From an uncultured virus (IMG/VR IMGVR_UViG_3300047552_001239) (lineage: Duplodnaviria; Heunggongvirae; Uroviricota; Caudoviricetes), in the IMG/VR virus record IMGVR_UViG_3300047552_001239: a DNA stretch of 64,000 nucleotides. One strand, written 5' to 3'. The position numbers and the translations under genes were made by a program. Positions 30,068 through 39,929 of this stretch are shown piece by piece. The notes below the pieces were generated by a model. That model did not search any database. It saw only the letters and a program-made list of their open reading frames with translations, and was not told where the DNA came from. Every line of letters starts with the position of its first letter. Within the stretch, counting starts at the first letter, position 1.

Positions 30068-30550
30068 ATGAACTATAGTCAAAAAATTCAAAAGATCATG
30101 GATGATCGAAATTTTTCAATGGAAGAAATGGCTGTAACTTTAAATGTAACAGTAAGGACGTTAAATGATTTCGTAAAGAAAGAATATCCTCGAGAACCTT
30201 CGGGCGCTATGGCTCGATTAATTGATATTCTCGTTGGGGAAATCAACCCGTTAAATATTCATATTGATCCTGAAACTATCGAGATGAGATGTAAATGTTA
30301 TGATCTCATCTATACCGTCTATAAGAATGGAAACATGACTATTCAAATAGACGAGATCGAAAATCCTGAGGGTATTATCACCCCAAAGTCAATGTTAACG
30401 TCTATACACCCATTCATAGACTTATGGAGGAGTAAAAATCATGAATACTGCTTTGACGGGTTTGAAATGTGTGCGTTAGACTTTTTCGATAACCCAATGA
30501 AATGGATTATCGCCCAAGGTAATATTGGAACCTATATTGAGATGCTATAA
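30068..30550 (+). CDS. XRE-like helix-turn-helix protein with C-terminal domain (start revised from 30038)
   Basis: SMEEMAVTLNVTVRTL...REPSG HTH pattern. AAGGAG precedes ATG 30068. Confidence 0.65.
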   Translation: MNYSQKIQKIMDDRNFSMEEMAVTLNVTVRTLNDFVKKEYPREPSGAMARLIDILVGEINPLNIHIDPETIEMRCKCYDLIYTVYKNGNMTIQIDEIENPEGIITPKSMLTSIHPFIDLWRSKNHEYCFDGFEMCALDFFDNPMKWIIAQGNIGTYIEML

Positions 30551-30568
30551 AGTTCTTTTTCTCTCATT

Positions 30569-30594
30569 AAAAACCTGATTCATTTCGGGTTTTT
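30569..30594. terminator. Probable bidirectional terminator
   Basis: AAAAACCTGA...TCGGGTTTTT between convergent genes. Confidence 0.6.
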
Positions 30595-30597
30595 ATT

Positions 30598-31029
30598 TTA
30601 AACAAATATACTTTTAATACAATGCCAAATTCTAACTGAAACATAATATAAATTAGCAAACATGAATTTTTCTTCTTTCATCATAGATAAGAATATTTTA
30701 TCTACTGTTTTTATTGCTAATGGAAATGATTGTGATTCATAATAAAACTGGCATAAAGCATCATGTACTAAACTTGGGTAATATAATTCTGGTTTTTCAG
30801 TTTTATTATTTATCTGTCCATCCCATACCCCAATAAATACTCCGGATCCAATATAAACTTTAGGTGAACAACCATCCCAAGAATAACCAGACCAAATAAT
30901 AATAATACCATCTTGAAAAAGAGTTAACCTTAATTTCCCATCTTGATCATAATAATCATATGGTCGATTAAATTTCAAAAATGTAGATTTTGTATAATCA
31001 TCATCTAAAGTAAATTTCCAGTGTGACAT
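30598..31029 (-). CDS. DUF1353-like protein
   Basis: GYSWDGCSP and SLVHDALCQ...D.IF...M motifs. Confidence 0.6.
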   Translation of the reverse strand: MSHWKFTLDDDYTKSTFLKFNRPYDYYDQDGKLRLTLFQDGIIIIWSGYSWDGCSPKVYIGSGVFIGVWDGQINNKTEKPELYYPSLVHDALCQFYYESQSFPLAIKTVDKIFLSMMKEEKFMFANLYYVSVRIWHCIKSIFV

Positions 31030-31343
31030 TATTTTCTCTTATATTTATTTTTTAATATGGTCCGATTAGTTTTAGGATCATATTTAAAATGATTTTGAGG
31101 ATGTTTAGAATGGGTGGCAGCTCTATCTAATGCTCTTTCTCTAGCAGTCATTCGATCTCTTATTTGACCGGCAGATGTTAATGTTTTACCATCCGCTTCT
31201 AAATGACCTCTATTAATTAATATTCTAATAGCTAAATCTCGATCTCCAACTTGAGCTGTTAGCCTATTAATTAATTGATACCGCCCTCTATATTTTTGAG
31301 TATGTTCAAAAATTAAATTATTTATCGATTTAAGTATATTCAT
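31029..31343 (-). CDS. Basic hypothetical protein with shared leader
   Basis: Starts MNILKSINNLIFE. Arg/Lys-rich body. Confidence 0.75.
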   Translation of the reverse strand: MNILKSINNLIFEHTQKYRGRYQLINRLTAQVGDRDLAIRILINRGHLEADGKTLTSAGQIRDRMTARERALDRAATHSKHPQNHFKYDPKTNRTILKNKYKRK

Positions 31344-31411
31344 TATGTATTATAATCTAGTTAAAAATGAATATCTCAACTTATTAAATTATTTCTATAT
31401 AAAATTAGTTA

Positions 31412-31819
31412 TTAAGAAAAATTCATAGCTGGAATTATACGTCGTCCTTGTAGTTGTCTTATTTTATCGGCTTTATTTAATCCGGTAACAACATTTGTTG
31501 TAGCTGTAATTGCTCCATTACCAGGAATAAGATCGACAACTGCTTTTACTGGATTTATTTTTTTTCTTTGAATTAATGTATTAAAATTCCTTGTAATTGC
31601 AGGATAATCCATTCCTAATACTCCTTGACTAATGAGTGATTTAATATTGGGTTTAATTTCTGTACCAATAGTTCTTATTGTATTTATTCTATTTGATCTA
31701 TCTAATAATAACGGAACATGTCTAAATGTTCTCGTTGTTCTTGCAATATTTGCTTTAATTTTAGTCAAGGCTGATACTTCTTCTATCAAATTATTTATTT
31801 CATTTATTAATATTTTCAT
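31412..31819 (-). CDS. Basic hypothetical protein with shared leader
   Basis: Starts MKILINEINNLIEEVSAL. Confidence 0.7.
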   Translation of the reverse strand: MKILINEINNLIEEVSALTKIKANIARTTRTFRHVPLLLDRSNRINTIRTIGTEIKPNIKSLISQGVLGMDYPAITRNFNTLIQRKKINPVKAVVDLIPGNGAITATTNVVTGLNKADKIRQLQGRRIIPAMNFS

Positions 31820-31832
31820 ATATATATTATAT
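31819..31832 (+). promoter_or_regulatory. Candidate promoter motif (one mismatch)
   Basis: TATATATATTATAT, 34 nt before ATG 31867. Low-complexity, so weaker than the other copies. Confidence 0.4.
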
Positions 31833-31866
31833 CGAATTAAATTATTAACTGAAAATTATTAATATT

Positions 31867-32379
31867 ATGTCTAATAGTTGTAACTTTTATAATATTATTA
31901 ATAAATATAATATTACAAAATTTGCTAATATTATATTTATAGATCCTCATGATCGTCATAACTCAATATATGGGTTCGTTATTCCTAAATTTTATGAATT
32001 CAATATGAGAGACGAATATGACGATAATGACATAAGAGAATACTTAAAACTTATAATACCTAATACTTGGGAGAATGCATCTATATCTTCTATTACAGGA
32101 AAAATTATATGGAAAATTAATAAAAAAAGATCAACAATATGTATTTTAGCTCAACCATATGATGAAATTGAAAATACATTTCTACACGAATTAATTCATG
32201 TAATAGATATTTCTAAATGTCCTAATCTTACAACATATGAAAATATAAAAGATCCTCATAATACAAAAATTTGGAATATTTGTAAACATATATTAGATCT
32301 AGGTTATAGGAAACAATTCCATTCAAATTATATAAATGAACTTTTCGATCATTTATATATAAATTACCAAAGGTATTAA
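31867..32379 (+). CDS. Putative zinc metallopeptidase (SprT/ImmA-like)
   Basis: TFLHELIH (HExxH) with a downstream PH...W. Confidence 0.6.
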   Translation: MSNSCNFYNIINKYNITKFANIIFIDPHDRHNSIYGFVIPKFYEFNMRDEYDDNDIREYLKLIIPNTWENASISSITGKIIWKINKKRSTICILAQPYDEIENTFLHELIHVIDISKCPNLTTYENIKDPHNTKIWNICKHILDLGYRKQFHSNYINELFDHLYINYQRY

Positions 32380-32380
32380 A

Positions 32381-32728
32381 ATGTCAGACTTATCATGGGG
32401 TCAACGTATTCGTAATTTACAAGAAAAACTTGGTTTAACAACTGCCGAAATTGCATTAAAAATAAGGGTAAGTGAAGGTACGGTATATGCACTTTCGCGT
32501 AATTCAAAAAGAATTCCGAGTCGAATTGTTCAAGATGAAATCATCAAACTTGAACAAGGAGATATATCAAATTTCAAGATTGAAGATTTAAAACAAAATA
32601 TATCTACAATAATAAAAAGAAGTAAACCAATCATATATGAAACGGAACTTCTTACGGATGAACAGAAAATTAAACTATTAAGAATTATCAATGATTTCAT
32701 CCATAATTTAAATGAATTCGAATTCTAA
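32381..32728 (+). CDS. XRE-family helix-turn-helix regulator
   Basis: GQRIRNLQEKLGLTTAEIALKIRVSEGTVY...RIPS. Confidence 0.75.
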   Translation: MSDLSWGQRIRNLQEKLGLTTAEIALKIRVSEGTVYALSRNSKRIPSRIVQDEIIKLEQGDISNFKIEDLKQNISTIIKRSKPIIYETELLTDEQKIKLLRIINDFIHNLNEFEF

Positions 32729-32734
32729 TGTATT

Positions 32735-32765
32735 TAAAATCGCGGCTACTACGGCCGCGATTTTA
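32735..32765. terminator. Bidirectional intrinsic terminator
   Basis: Perfect 12-bp stem TAAAATCGCGGC/GCCGCGATTTTA between convergent genes. Confidence 0.85.
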
Positions 32766-32766
32766 C

Positions 32767-32955
32767 TTATTTATTTGTATTTTGTAATAAACTTGGTAAT
32801 TCAAATGTAATACTATTTATAAAATGATAACTTGAAGAATAATATTCTTTTTTCAGATCTTGTAATACCTCTTGTGCTCCATTTATTTGCATAAGATCAG
32901 TCAATCGCATTTGTTCTAGAACATCTATTGTTCGTTTTAAAAGATCTTTTGTCAT
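32767..32955 (-). CDS. Small hypothetical protein, paralogue of 33583..33759
   Basis: MTKDLLKRTIDVLEQMRLT is identical in both. Confidence 0.7.
   Translation of the reverse strand: MTKDLLKRTIDVLEQMRLTDLMQINGAQEVLQDLKKEYYSSSYHFINSITFELPSLLQNTNK
32906..32955. repeat. 50-bp direct repeat, copy 1
   Basis: Identical to 33710..33759. Confidence 0.9.
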
Positions 32956-33095
32956 ATTATTTTAAATCTATCTTTATATTCGTTAAAATCTATTTCATCA
33001 TTACAAAAAAGACAAATGAAATAATTTGTATGTGGTATATGAACATATTTATGTAAATCTAAATAACAAAATAATCTACGAATTTTATTTAACAT
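32952..33095 (-). CDS. 47-aa Cys/His putative Zn-binding protein, absent from the ORF track
   Basis: MLNKIRRLFCYLDLHKYVHIPHTNYFICLFCNDEIDFNEYKDRFKII. Overlaps both neighbours, with ATGA coupling at 32952..32955. Confidence 0.65.
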   Translation of the reverse strand: MLNKIRRLFCYLDLHKYVHIPHTNYFICLFCNDEIDFNEYKDRFKII

Positions 33096-33586
33096 AATTC
33101 ATCCAAAAATTCAAATGCTAATTTATTCCATCTTGCATCGAATAATGCATTATGTTTATTTCCATTATATTTAAGTAAATTAGGATTACCTAGTAAATTA
33201 CATAATTGCTTTATATCGTTAGTATGCCTAGACCACCCAACAGGTAAATCGATCATTTTACCAAAAATTTGACATAACATTACATGATCATAACTAGAAT
33301 AATAACCCCAAAATTCTGGCTTACCATATTTTTTAATATCACAAAAATCTAATAAATATTTTCTTATTGTAGATATCTGACTTAAAATACATTTAGTAGT
33401 ATCCGAACTTGATGGTTCAAATAAATAAGGAAAAACATTATCGTGAATCCAAGGAGTTACTTTAGTTAAATCAATATCTATATTTATTGCATATAGTTCT
33501 CGATTATCTTCAGATACAATTCCAATGCTTATTAAATCTAAAGTTTTTCCAGTATCAATAAATTCACAATCATAAAAATATTTCAT
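33089..33586 (-). CDS. DEDDh 3'-5' exoribonuclease (RNase AS / Rv2179c-like)
   Basis: YDCEF, LISIGIVSED.RELYA, YD.V.L and HNALFDARW motifs. Confidence 0.85.
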   Translation of the reverse strand: MKYFYDCEFIDTGKTLDLISIGIVSEDNRELYAINIDIDLTKVTPWIHDNVFPYLFEPSSSDTTKCILSQISTIRKYLLDFCDIKKYGKPEFWGYYSSYDHVMLCQIFGKMIDLPVGWSRHTNDIKQLCNLLGNPNLLKYNGNKHNALFDARWNKLAFEFLDELC

Positions 33587-33759
33587 ATATGTAATAAACT
33601 TTGTTGTTCACAAGAAATATTGGCAAAATTATAATTATATAATTCATATTCTTTTTTTAAATCAATTAGCAATTTTACTCCATCATCAATTTGAACAAGT
33701 TCAGTTAAACGCATTTGTTCTAGAACATCTATTGTTCGTTTTAAAAGATCTTTTGTCAT
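33583..33759 (-). CDS. Small hypothetical protein, paralogue of 32767..32955 (start revised from 33831)
   Basis: Identity with the paralogue begins exactly at this ATG. Confidence 0.7.
   Translation of the reverse strand: MTKDLLKRTIDVLEQMRLTELVQIDDGVKLLIDLKKEYELYNYNFANISCEQQSLLHI
33710..33759. repeat. 50-bp direct repeat, copy 2
   Basis: Identical to 32906..32955. Confidence 0.9.
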
Positions 33760-33814
33760 TGAAGTATAGATATTAAAAAAAATATAATATTGAAAAAAAT
33801 TCCATTTTAAATTT

Positions 33815-36800
33815 TTAATTCCAAATATCATTCAGTTTATATTTAATAATATGAGCAGGTACATTCCTCCAAGTCCCATCTGGTTGTTTTATATTTATAA
33901 AATTTAATGTAAGCCATTGATTATTAATATCAATTTTTGGTTTACTTGGATATGCTGTTATTGGATTATTATATTTAAGTGTTACATTACTATATAATCC
34001 AGAAGATTCTACTATTGCTTTTACTTTTGGAAATTCAAGATATTCATATTCGGGATAATATGATTTATCGACCATACCCCACTGATCACTTGTTGAAAAT
34101 GACATTGGAGTTTCCCAAATATTATAAATACTAATATCTTTATTATAACTATTTTCTATTTTTGTTTGCCACCATTGTAATTGTTGCTTATATAAATTAT
34201 AAACTGTATTTAAATTATCTTCATTAAATTTTAATTGAGCTATTGATTTAAACATATATGGAGATGGTCCAGGACAACCAAATCCACCTTCATAAAAACA
34301 AAATGTAGGTCTGAATGGGTCACCATTTAAATCATTACCCAATTCACCATTATTATTTAATAATGTATTAAAATGGTATTCTTCATTAGTTTTAAATTCC
34401 TCTAATCCTATCCATGCATGTGGAATTATTTCTTCTTTTGTCCATTGATAATGAGTTGGTGCATTTATTTCTTCAATATGTCTTATTTCTGGGCTTAACA
34501 TATCTGCAAAATAAGCATTCGATGCAACTACATCATATGGAATCCCATCTATATCTTTAGTATATTGAACGGCATAATTCCATACATCTATTGCCACCGA
34601 AGGATTTGCTGCAATAGTACTCAATACTCTTAAAAATCTTCGTTGTTGATTTTTTGGATTATCCCATAATTTAACAGGATGTAATCTGGCATGTGACCCA
34701 CTAAATACTGAATCCCAAATAGCAAAAACTTTTTGAGATAGCATTGCATATGCTTTCAAATGAGAATCCCATGCTAAATTTGCAGCATTTGGATTAGGTT
34801 CTATATTAAATTTTTTAACATATAAATCAAGCCACCATCCTGTTCCTAATCCACCATTCCATTGTTCATTACCAAATTCAGCATAAATTCTTAAATTTGG
34901 ATTTAAATTATCTCTAAATATTTTAGCTATTTCAAGTTGATAACTATCAGGTGACGCTGGATGTAAATTTATCCAACAATCTTTATTTGTTTTATTACAT
35001 TGTTCGATAATTACTTCCCATGGTATATTGCTATCTGCTCCTGCCCATGATACATCATCAATATAACCTCGTTCGGATATATCTCTTGAAATGGCTTGAA
35101 ATGTATTGCCTCTACACCAATCTAAATAACGAATGCATTTAAAATATTTTAATCTATCTAACCATTCTGGATAAAATATTTCACCATTATCTAATAAACT
35201 TTCATATTTTTCTTCTACTAATCTAATATTTCTAATATGATTATCAGGATTAGTTTCTGAAATAACTACTAAAAATCCAGCTTGGGCCTGATTCCAATTA
35301 GGAGTTGGGATATCTGATCCTAAAGCATATTTAATATGAACGGGATTACCATTTGCCGTATTACCAGAACAATCAATATCATAAACTATTCTATTTGAAG
35401 TTCTCGATATTTCTGTAACTGGATATGGACCTGCATTGAGACCAATAGTATTATCCATATGAATAACACCTTCACCATCCCATTTTAATATATATCTACC
35501 AGTAGGCATCATAGGATGATTCATCATACCAGCTACATAATTCCATGGAGATGATAATCTATAACTAATACATGATAACTGATAACCTTCTGGAATATAT
35601 TTTGGATATCCATTCGGATCCATATTTAAATCAAAATGAGAATCAATTGTCTCTTTTTTAACATAATAAAATGAATTGATATTAGAATTACCTATAGTAG
35701 GTGTATCTATTTCAATATATACTTTATTATTAATATCATCTACAGTTATTGTCTTAAACTTAGTGTTATCTGCTATATTTGTACCTAGAACTGTTTTATC
35801 AAATAAATCAACTACTGGCCATTTAACATCAGATGAAATCGATTTAATTTGAACTGAAAGTTCTACACTTGGTGTTCCATTAGAAGTATGCCAAGTATTT
35901 ATTGAAATATATGGATATGGATAAATTCCTCGATTTGATTCTAAAATTTCTAATCTAACTGTAGTAGTAATACCATTACCAAATGGAGCAGACCAACGTG
36001 ATTCATAATTAGTTGTTTGTGGATTTTCTTCTGTAATAAATATTGGGATTGGCGTTGAAATATGATCTTCGCCACTTTTCAAAGAAATTTGCCCATATAC
36101 TAAAGTATCTATCGTCCAAGAACCTATTAATTCTATTCCAACATCAACATAATTAGGAATCCAATTTTGATAATTTCCACTATCAAAACCTGGTGGTTTA
36201 AAATTAGGTCTAAGATCAATTCCTCCCCATGAAGAATTAGTATTTGTACTACCAGATTGACTTAAACTATCAGAACCTGGCCAAAATGAACTGGATACCA
36301 ATGGAACTGGATATTCAGGTCCTACTTGTTCTTCACTAATAAGTTCAAATAAAGCAGGCCATCCAGAACTTGATTTAGAAACTGTTAAAATAGTATCTCC
36401 TAATTGAAATTGAACTCCAAATAATTCAATTCTGGTATCGAAACAATTCCATATATTATTTATACCATTAGGATCTGATTTGTATAACCACCATCCTTGT
36501 TGAGGAGTTTTAGGCCAAACATCATAATAATCTTGACAACTTCTATATCTTCCAGCATTAGATATCTTTAATAAATTTAAAAATATTCTAGCTGTTCCAT
36601 AATAGACATTTCCTGTTACATTTATACCTACATTATGTTCTGGAATTTCTGATATAGATTCTATTTGTAACGGCTGAATTTCTATATCGCCACTTTCAAA
36701 TTCCAAAGTAGGGTAAAATACTTGACTTCTATTTTCAATTGGTATTATTGGATAATCGGGAACATATAAAAAATCTGAATAATATACATCTGCAGATACA

Positions 36801-39424
36801 CCTTCATTAATCATTAAACCATATAATAATGTTGATGACCAAATAGGTGCCCAAGGTTCATAATTTGGATCAGGAATACCATTTATAGTTGGTTGATATG
36901 GTTGATTAACTGATATTTTTATTCCAATTGGCTGATTTGAAAATGTTAGAGGATTAGACGTTCCTGGTTTTGCAATTTCAGATAATGTATATTGCATTCC
37001 TTTAGTTGCTTTGAAAGGGAATACAATTCTTGTCCATTGATTATTATAAATAGGAACACTTGGAGATATTTTAAATGTGTTATCAAATATTCTAGGTCCA
37101 CCATAAATTGCTATATCTCCAGAAAATACAAATCCAACACCTATTGGTTTAGTTATATCCTGAGTTATAATATTAGTAGGATGGTTTGGATCAATAAAAC
37201 TATTTCCGTGAATAATTGAAAAATAATATTGATTAGATCTCCAATCAACGGTTAGTGCGTTATAATTTCGATATACTTGTGTTATTTTTCTTCCGGTTGT
37301 ATCTGTTATTACTAATGCTAATCCTACTAAATCTCCAACCTTATTAGGATCTAATGCCCATGTTAATTCATTTTGGGCATTAACAAAGGAATATTCGGAA
37401 GCTAATCTTAACCAAAATTGAGCCCCATAGTTAGTAAATTCATCACTATATGGTATTTCTTGATATACAACAACTGAACGTTTTGTTCTTGTTAATATAT
37501 CCGATAAATTTGTAGCGGTATTAAGATTATATATTTGGTTATTCTCTGCAACCCAAAATTCTGCAAATGCATTATCACTAACCGATTTTATTTTATCAGC
37601 TCGACGATCTATTAATATTTTATCTACTGGTATTATATCTGGAAAACCTAGATCACCAATACTTGGATATGATCCAGTAATTTCTGTTCCTGTAATTTCA
37701 ATCGTTCCATTTAAAAATTTCCAACTAGAATGACTAAAATTTCCTTGTGAATTTATAGCTTCGATACCAGTAAACCAAGTACCACTTGGAAAAATAGAAA
37801 AATATGCTGTAGTTTCTAAATATTTAGATTTAAGCCATATAGATACAGTATAATCATTACCATCTATTAAAGTTGTTGTCATTGGCCATAATATAGAAAC
37901 CCCAGGATTATTAATATCGACTGGATTTGCAGACCCTTGTAATAAATCCGAATGATATCCATCTAAATTTGGATTATAAATAGCATCTATTGGTGTTAAA
38001 TCTTGATTTGAAATAATTTGAGAACTACTTTTATATCCTAATTCACCATTAATTAAAACATCAAATGTATTACCATATGGAATTGCATATTTACCTAATT
38101 TTGTAAATGATGCTAATCTAAAAGGATCAAATGGAGTGTAAATTAAATCTCCATTTAAATCTAATTCATTTATATCTGGATAGAAAAATTCAAAATTAGA
38201 ATTAATATAATTTCCAATAGGTACACTTAATGAATCATAATTGAATGTATATGGTTCTACAAAATCATATAATGTTGTTCCTATAACTAATGATGCACCA
38301 TATAAATATAAGTCAGAACTCCCAGCTATATAAATACTTAATTCACCGTTAGAACCTAAATTTGGATTTGGAATATCTATAGGGGTTGTAAATGTCCAAA
38401 TATATCTTTGATATTGATCTGTAGGTGGATATGCATAAACTGAATAATTTATAAATCCATTTGGATTTTCCGGATTCCACCAAACTATACCTGTAGATAA
38501 AGTTGATAATCTTAATGCAAATCCTTCCGAATTTAAATTTCTTCTTGAATAAACGGAGAATGTATAGGTACAACTAGGTTGTAAATACATATCTAATTTT
38601 AATCCGCCATACGAATCTGGATCAGAAATTATTCGATCTGCTAAATTAGATGTTCCAAATGGATTTAATAATGCATCTTTATAAATCGTATATCCAGGAG
38701 TTGAAGGTAAATTAGAAATTGTATATTTCCATTCTTGAAAATATAAACCTAAGTTATTTTTTAATAGATTATAATCAATAAAACCATATCTTGATGGGTC
38801 GAACGGCAAAGTTAATAAATTTTCATTAATATCTAATTCATCAATAGAACAATCGAATATTTCCGAGATAGAATCTATAGAATTTACATCATATTCATAT
38901 ATTGTTTCATCAATAAAATCGGAGTTATTTATATCTAACCAAGCTCCAAATAATGCAATTTGGCTTAATGTTGGTTGATCAATTGGAGAACCTGTTATTC
39001 TTATTGAAATTCGAGTTGTTATATTAGAATCTAAATTTGATGGACTTATAAATTCCCAAGTGTATAAGACCCAACTACCAGGTGTAGGATTACTATATAT
39101 TTCAGTTAAATTAAGACCTGTATTACCAATTCCTGGCCAATAATAACTACCAAAAGTACTGTCTTGATTTAATCTAAATGATATTTGAGTGTATTTATCA
39201 GTGGGGACATTAACCCATATTTTAAAATAATATTGAGTATTTGGCTGAATATTAACTTCAGTTTCTAACCCACCATAAGCACCAACATCAGCTTTAACTA
39301 AATCCGCTAGATTCGAATATCCTAAAGGATCAAGTAATATATCTCTATCTATTATATAACCTTGATTTGGAGAAAGACGATGAGACCACTTATCGAATGA
39401 GGTTCCAAATACTATTTCGCTCAT
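33815..39424 (-). CDS. Large virion-associated protein with CBM-like repeats and a C-terminal glycoside-hydrolase-like domain
   Basis: Repeated DP.G.SNLAD...QP...Y.F..W modules, then IRYLDW, IPWE, WIN.H, YAEFGNEQWN and FYEGG. Confidence 0.6.
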   Translation of the reverse strand: MSEIVFGTSFDKWSHRLSPNQGYIIDRDILLDPLGYSNLADLVKADVGAYGGLETEVNIQPNTQYYFKIWVNVPTDKYTQISFRLNQDSTFGSYYWPGIGNTGLNLTEIYSNPTPGSWVLYTWEFISPSNLDSNITTRISIRITGSPIDQPTLSQIALFGAWLDINNSDFIDETIYEYDVNSIDSISEIFDCSIDELDINENLLTLPFDPSRYGFIDYNLLKNNLGLYFQEWKYTISNLPSTPGYTIYKDALLNPFGTSNLADRIISDPDSYGGLKLDMYLQPSCTYTFSVYSRRNLNSEGFALRLSTLSTGIVWWNPENPNGFINYSVYAYPPTDQYQRYIWTFTTPIDIPNPNLGSNGELSIYIAGSSDLYLYGASLVIGTTLYDFVEPYTFNYDSLSVPIGNYINSNFEFFYPDINELDLNGDLIYTPFDPFRLASFTKLGKYAIPYGNTFDVLINGELGYKSSSQIISNQDLTPIDAIYNPNLDGYHSDLLQGSANPVDINNPGVSILWPMTTTLIDGNDYTVSIWLKSKYLETTAYFSIFPSGTWFTGIEAINSQGNFSHSSWKFLNGTIEITGTEITGSYPSIGDLGFPDIIPVDKILIDRRADKIKSVSDNAFAEFWVAENNQIYNLNTATNLSDILTRTKRSVVVYQEIPYSDEFTNYGAQFWLRLASEYSFVNAQNELTWALDPNKVGDLVGLALVITDTTGRKITQVYRNYNALTVDWRSNQYYFSIIHGNSFIDPNHPTNIITQDITKPIGVGFVFSGDIAIYGGPRIFDNTFKISPSVPIYNNQWTRIVFPFKATKGMQYTLSEIAKPGTSNPLTFSNQPIGIKISVNQPYQPTINGIPDPNYEPWAPIWSSTLLYGLMINEGVSADVYYSDFLYVPDYPIIPIENRSQVFYPTLEFESGDIEIQPLQIESISEIPEHNVGINVTGNVYYGTARIFLNLLKISNAGRYRSCQDYYDVWPKTPQQGWWLYKSDPNGINNIWNCFDTRIELFGVQFQLGDTILTVSKSSSGWPALFELISEEQVGPEYPVPLVSSSFWPGSDSLSQSGSTNTNSSWGGIDLRPNFKPPGFDSGNYQNWIPNYVDVGIELIGSWTIDTLVYGQISLKSGEDHISTPIPIFITEENPQTTNYESRWSAPFGNGITTTVRLEILESNRGIYPYPYISINTWHTSNGTPSVELSVQIKSISSDVKWPVVDLFDKTVLGTNIADNTKFKTITVDDINNKVYIEIDTPTIGNSNINSFYYVKKETIDSHFDLNMDPNGYPKYIPEGYQLSCISYRLSSPWNYVAGMMNHPMMPTGRYILKWDGEGVIHMDNTIGLNAGPYPVTEISRTSNRIVYDIDCSGNTANGNPVHIKYALGSDIPTPNWNQAQAGFLVVISETNPDNHIRNIRLVEEKYESLLDNGEIFYPEWLDRLKYFKCIRYLDWCRGNTFQAISRDISERGYIDDVSWAGADSNIPWEVIIEQCNKTNKDCWINLHPASPDSYQLEIAKIFRDNLNPNLRIYAEFGNEQWNGGLGTGWWLDLYVKKFNIEPNPNAANLAWDSHLKAYAMLSQKVFAIWDSVFSGSHARLHPVKLWDNPKNQQRRFLRVLSTIAANPSVAIDVWNYAVQYTKDIDGIPYDVVASNAYFADMLSPEIRHIEEINAPTHYQWTKEEIIPHAWIGLEEFKTNEEYHFNTLLNNNGELGNDLNGDPFRPTFCFYEGGFGCPGPSPYMFKSIAQLKFNEDNLNTVYNLYKQQLQWWQTKIENSYNKDISIYNIWETPMSFSTSDQWGMVDKSYYPEYEYLEFPKVKAIVESSGLYSNVTLKYNNPITAYPSKPKIDINNQWLTLNFINIKQPDGTWRNVPAHIIKYKLNDIWN

Positions 39425-39439
39425 ATCAATTAACCATAT

Positions 39440-39904
39440 TTATATCTTAAAAATACCTTTTGTAGGGTTCCATGTAATTTTTATATTACCTCCATTTGTT
39501 CCTGCTCCAATACCATATCCACTATCTATCAATGCTATTAATGGAGATGATCCATAATCATTAGAATTTGGTGGCCCATTAACATTATTAAGATCTGGAT
39601 CTTTAAATATAACAATATAAGAAATAGTTTGAGCAGGGTTTACGCTATTAAATATAGTAGGGTCTGCAGAAACTGCCCCATAAACACTATTTACAACAGT
39701 TACTTTATTTGTTAATGTTTTAATAGGAGCTACTGCTGTTAAAATATAGTCAGAAATACTAGTGTAAAATTCATGAATATCTAAAGCTTGTGAACCACCT
39801 ATATATGTTCCATTTACTAATGCTGCTTTAATATTATCATCAATCCAATCTATTTCAGCTTGAATTATTTTCTGTCGACATTTTGAATATAAAGAATTTG
39901 ACAT
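39440..39904 (-). CDS. Putative structural protein, paralogue of 47640..48077
   Basis: AEI.W..DNIK.AL, SPL.A.I, GTNGG.IKI.WN.TKG shared by both. Confidence 0.7.
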   Translation of the reverse strand: MSNSLYSKCRQKIIQAEIDWIDDNIKAALVNGTYIGGSQALDIHEFYTSISDYILTAVAPIKTLTNKVTVVNSVYGAVSADPTIFNSVNPAQTISYIVIFKDPDLNNVNGPPNSNDYGSSPLIALIDSGYGIGAGTNGGNIKITWNPTKGIFKI

Positions 39905-39929
39905 AAATATTAACCTTTATTTAATTTTA

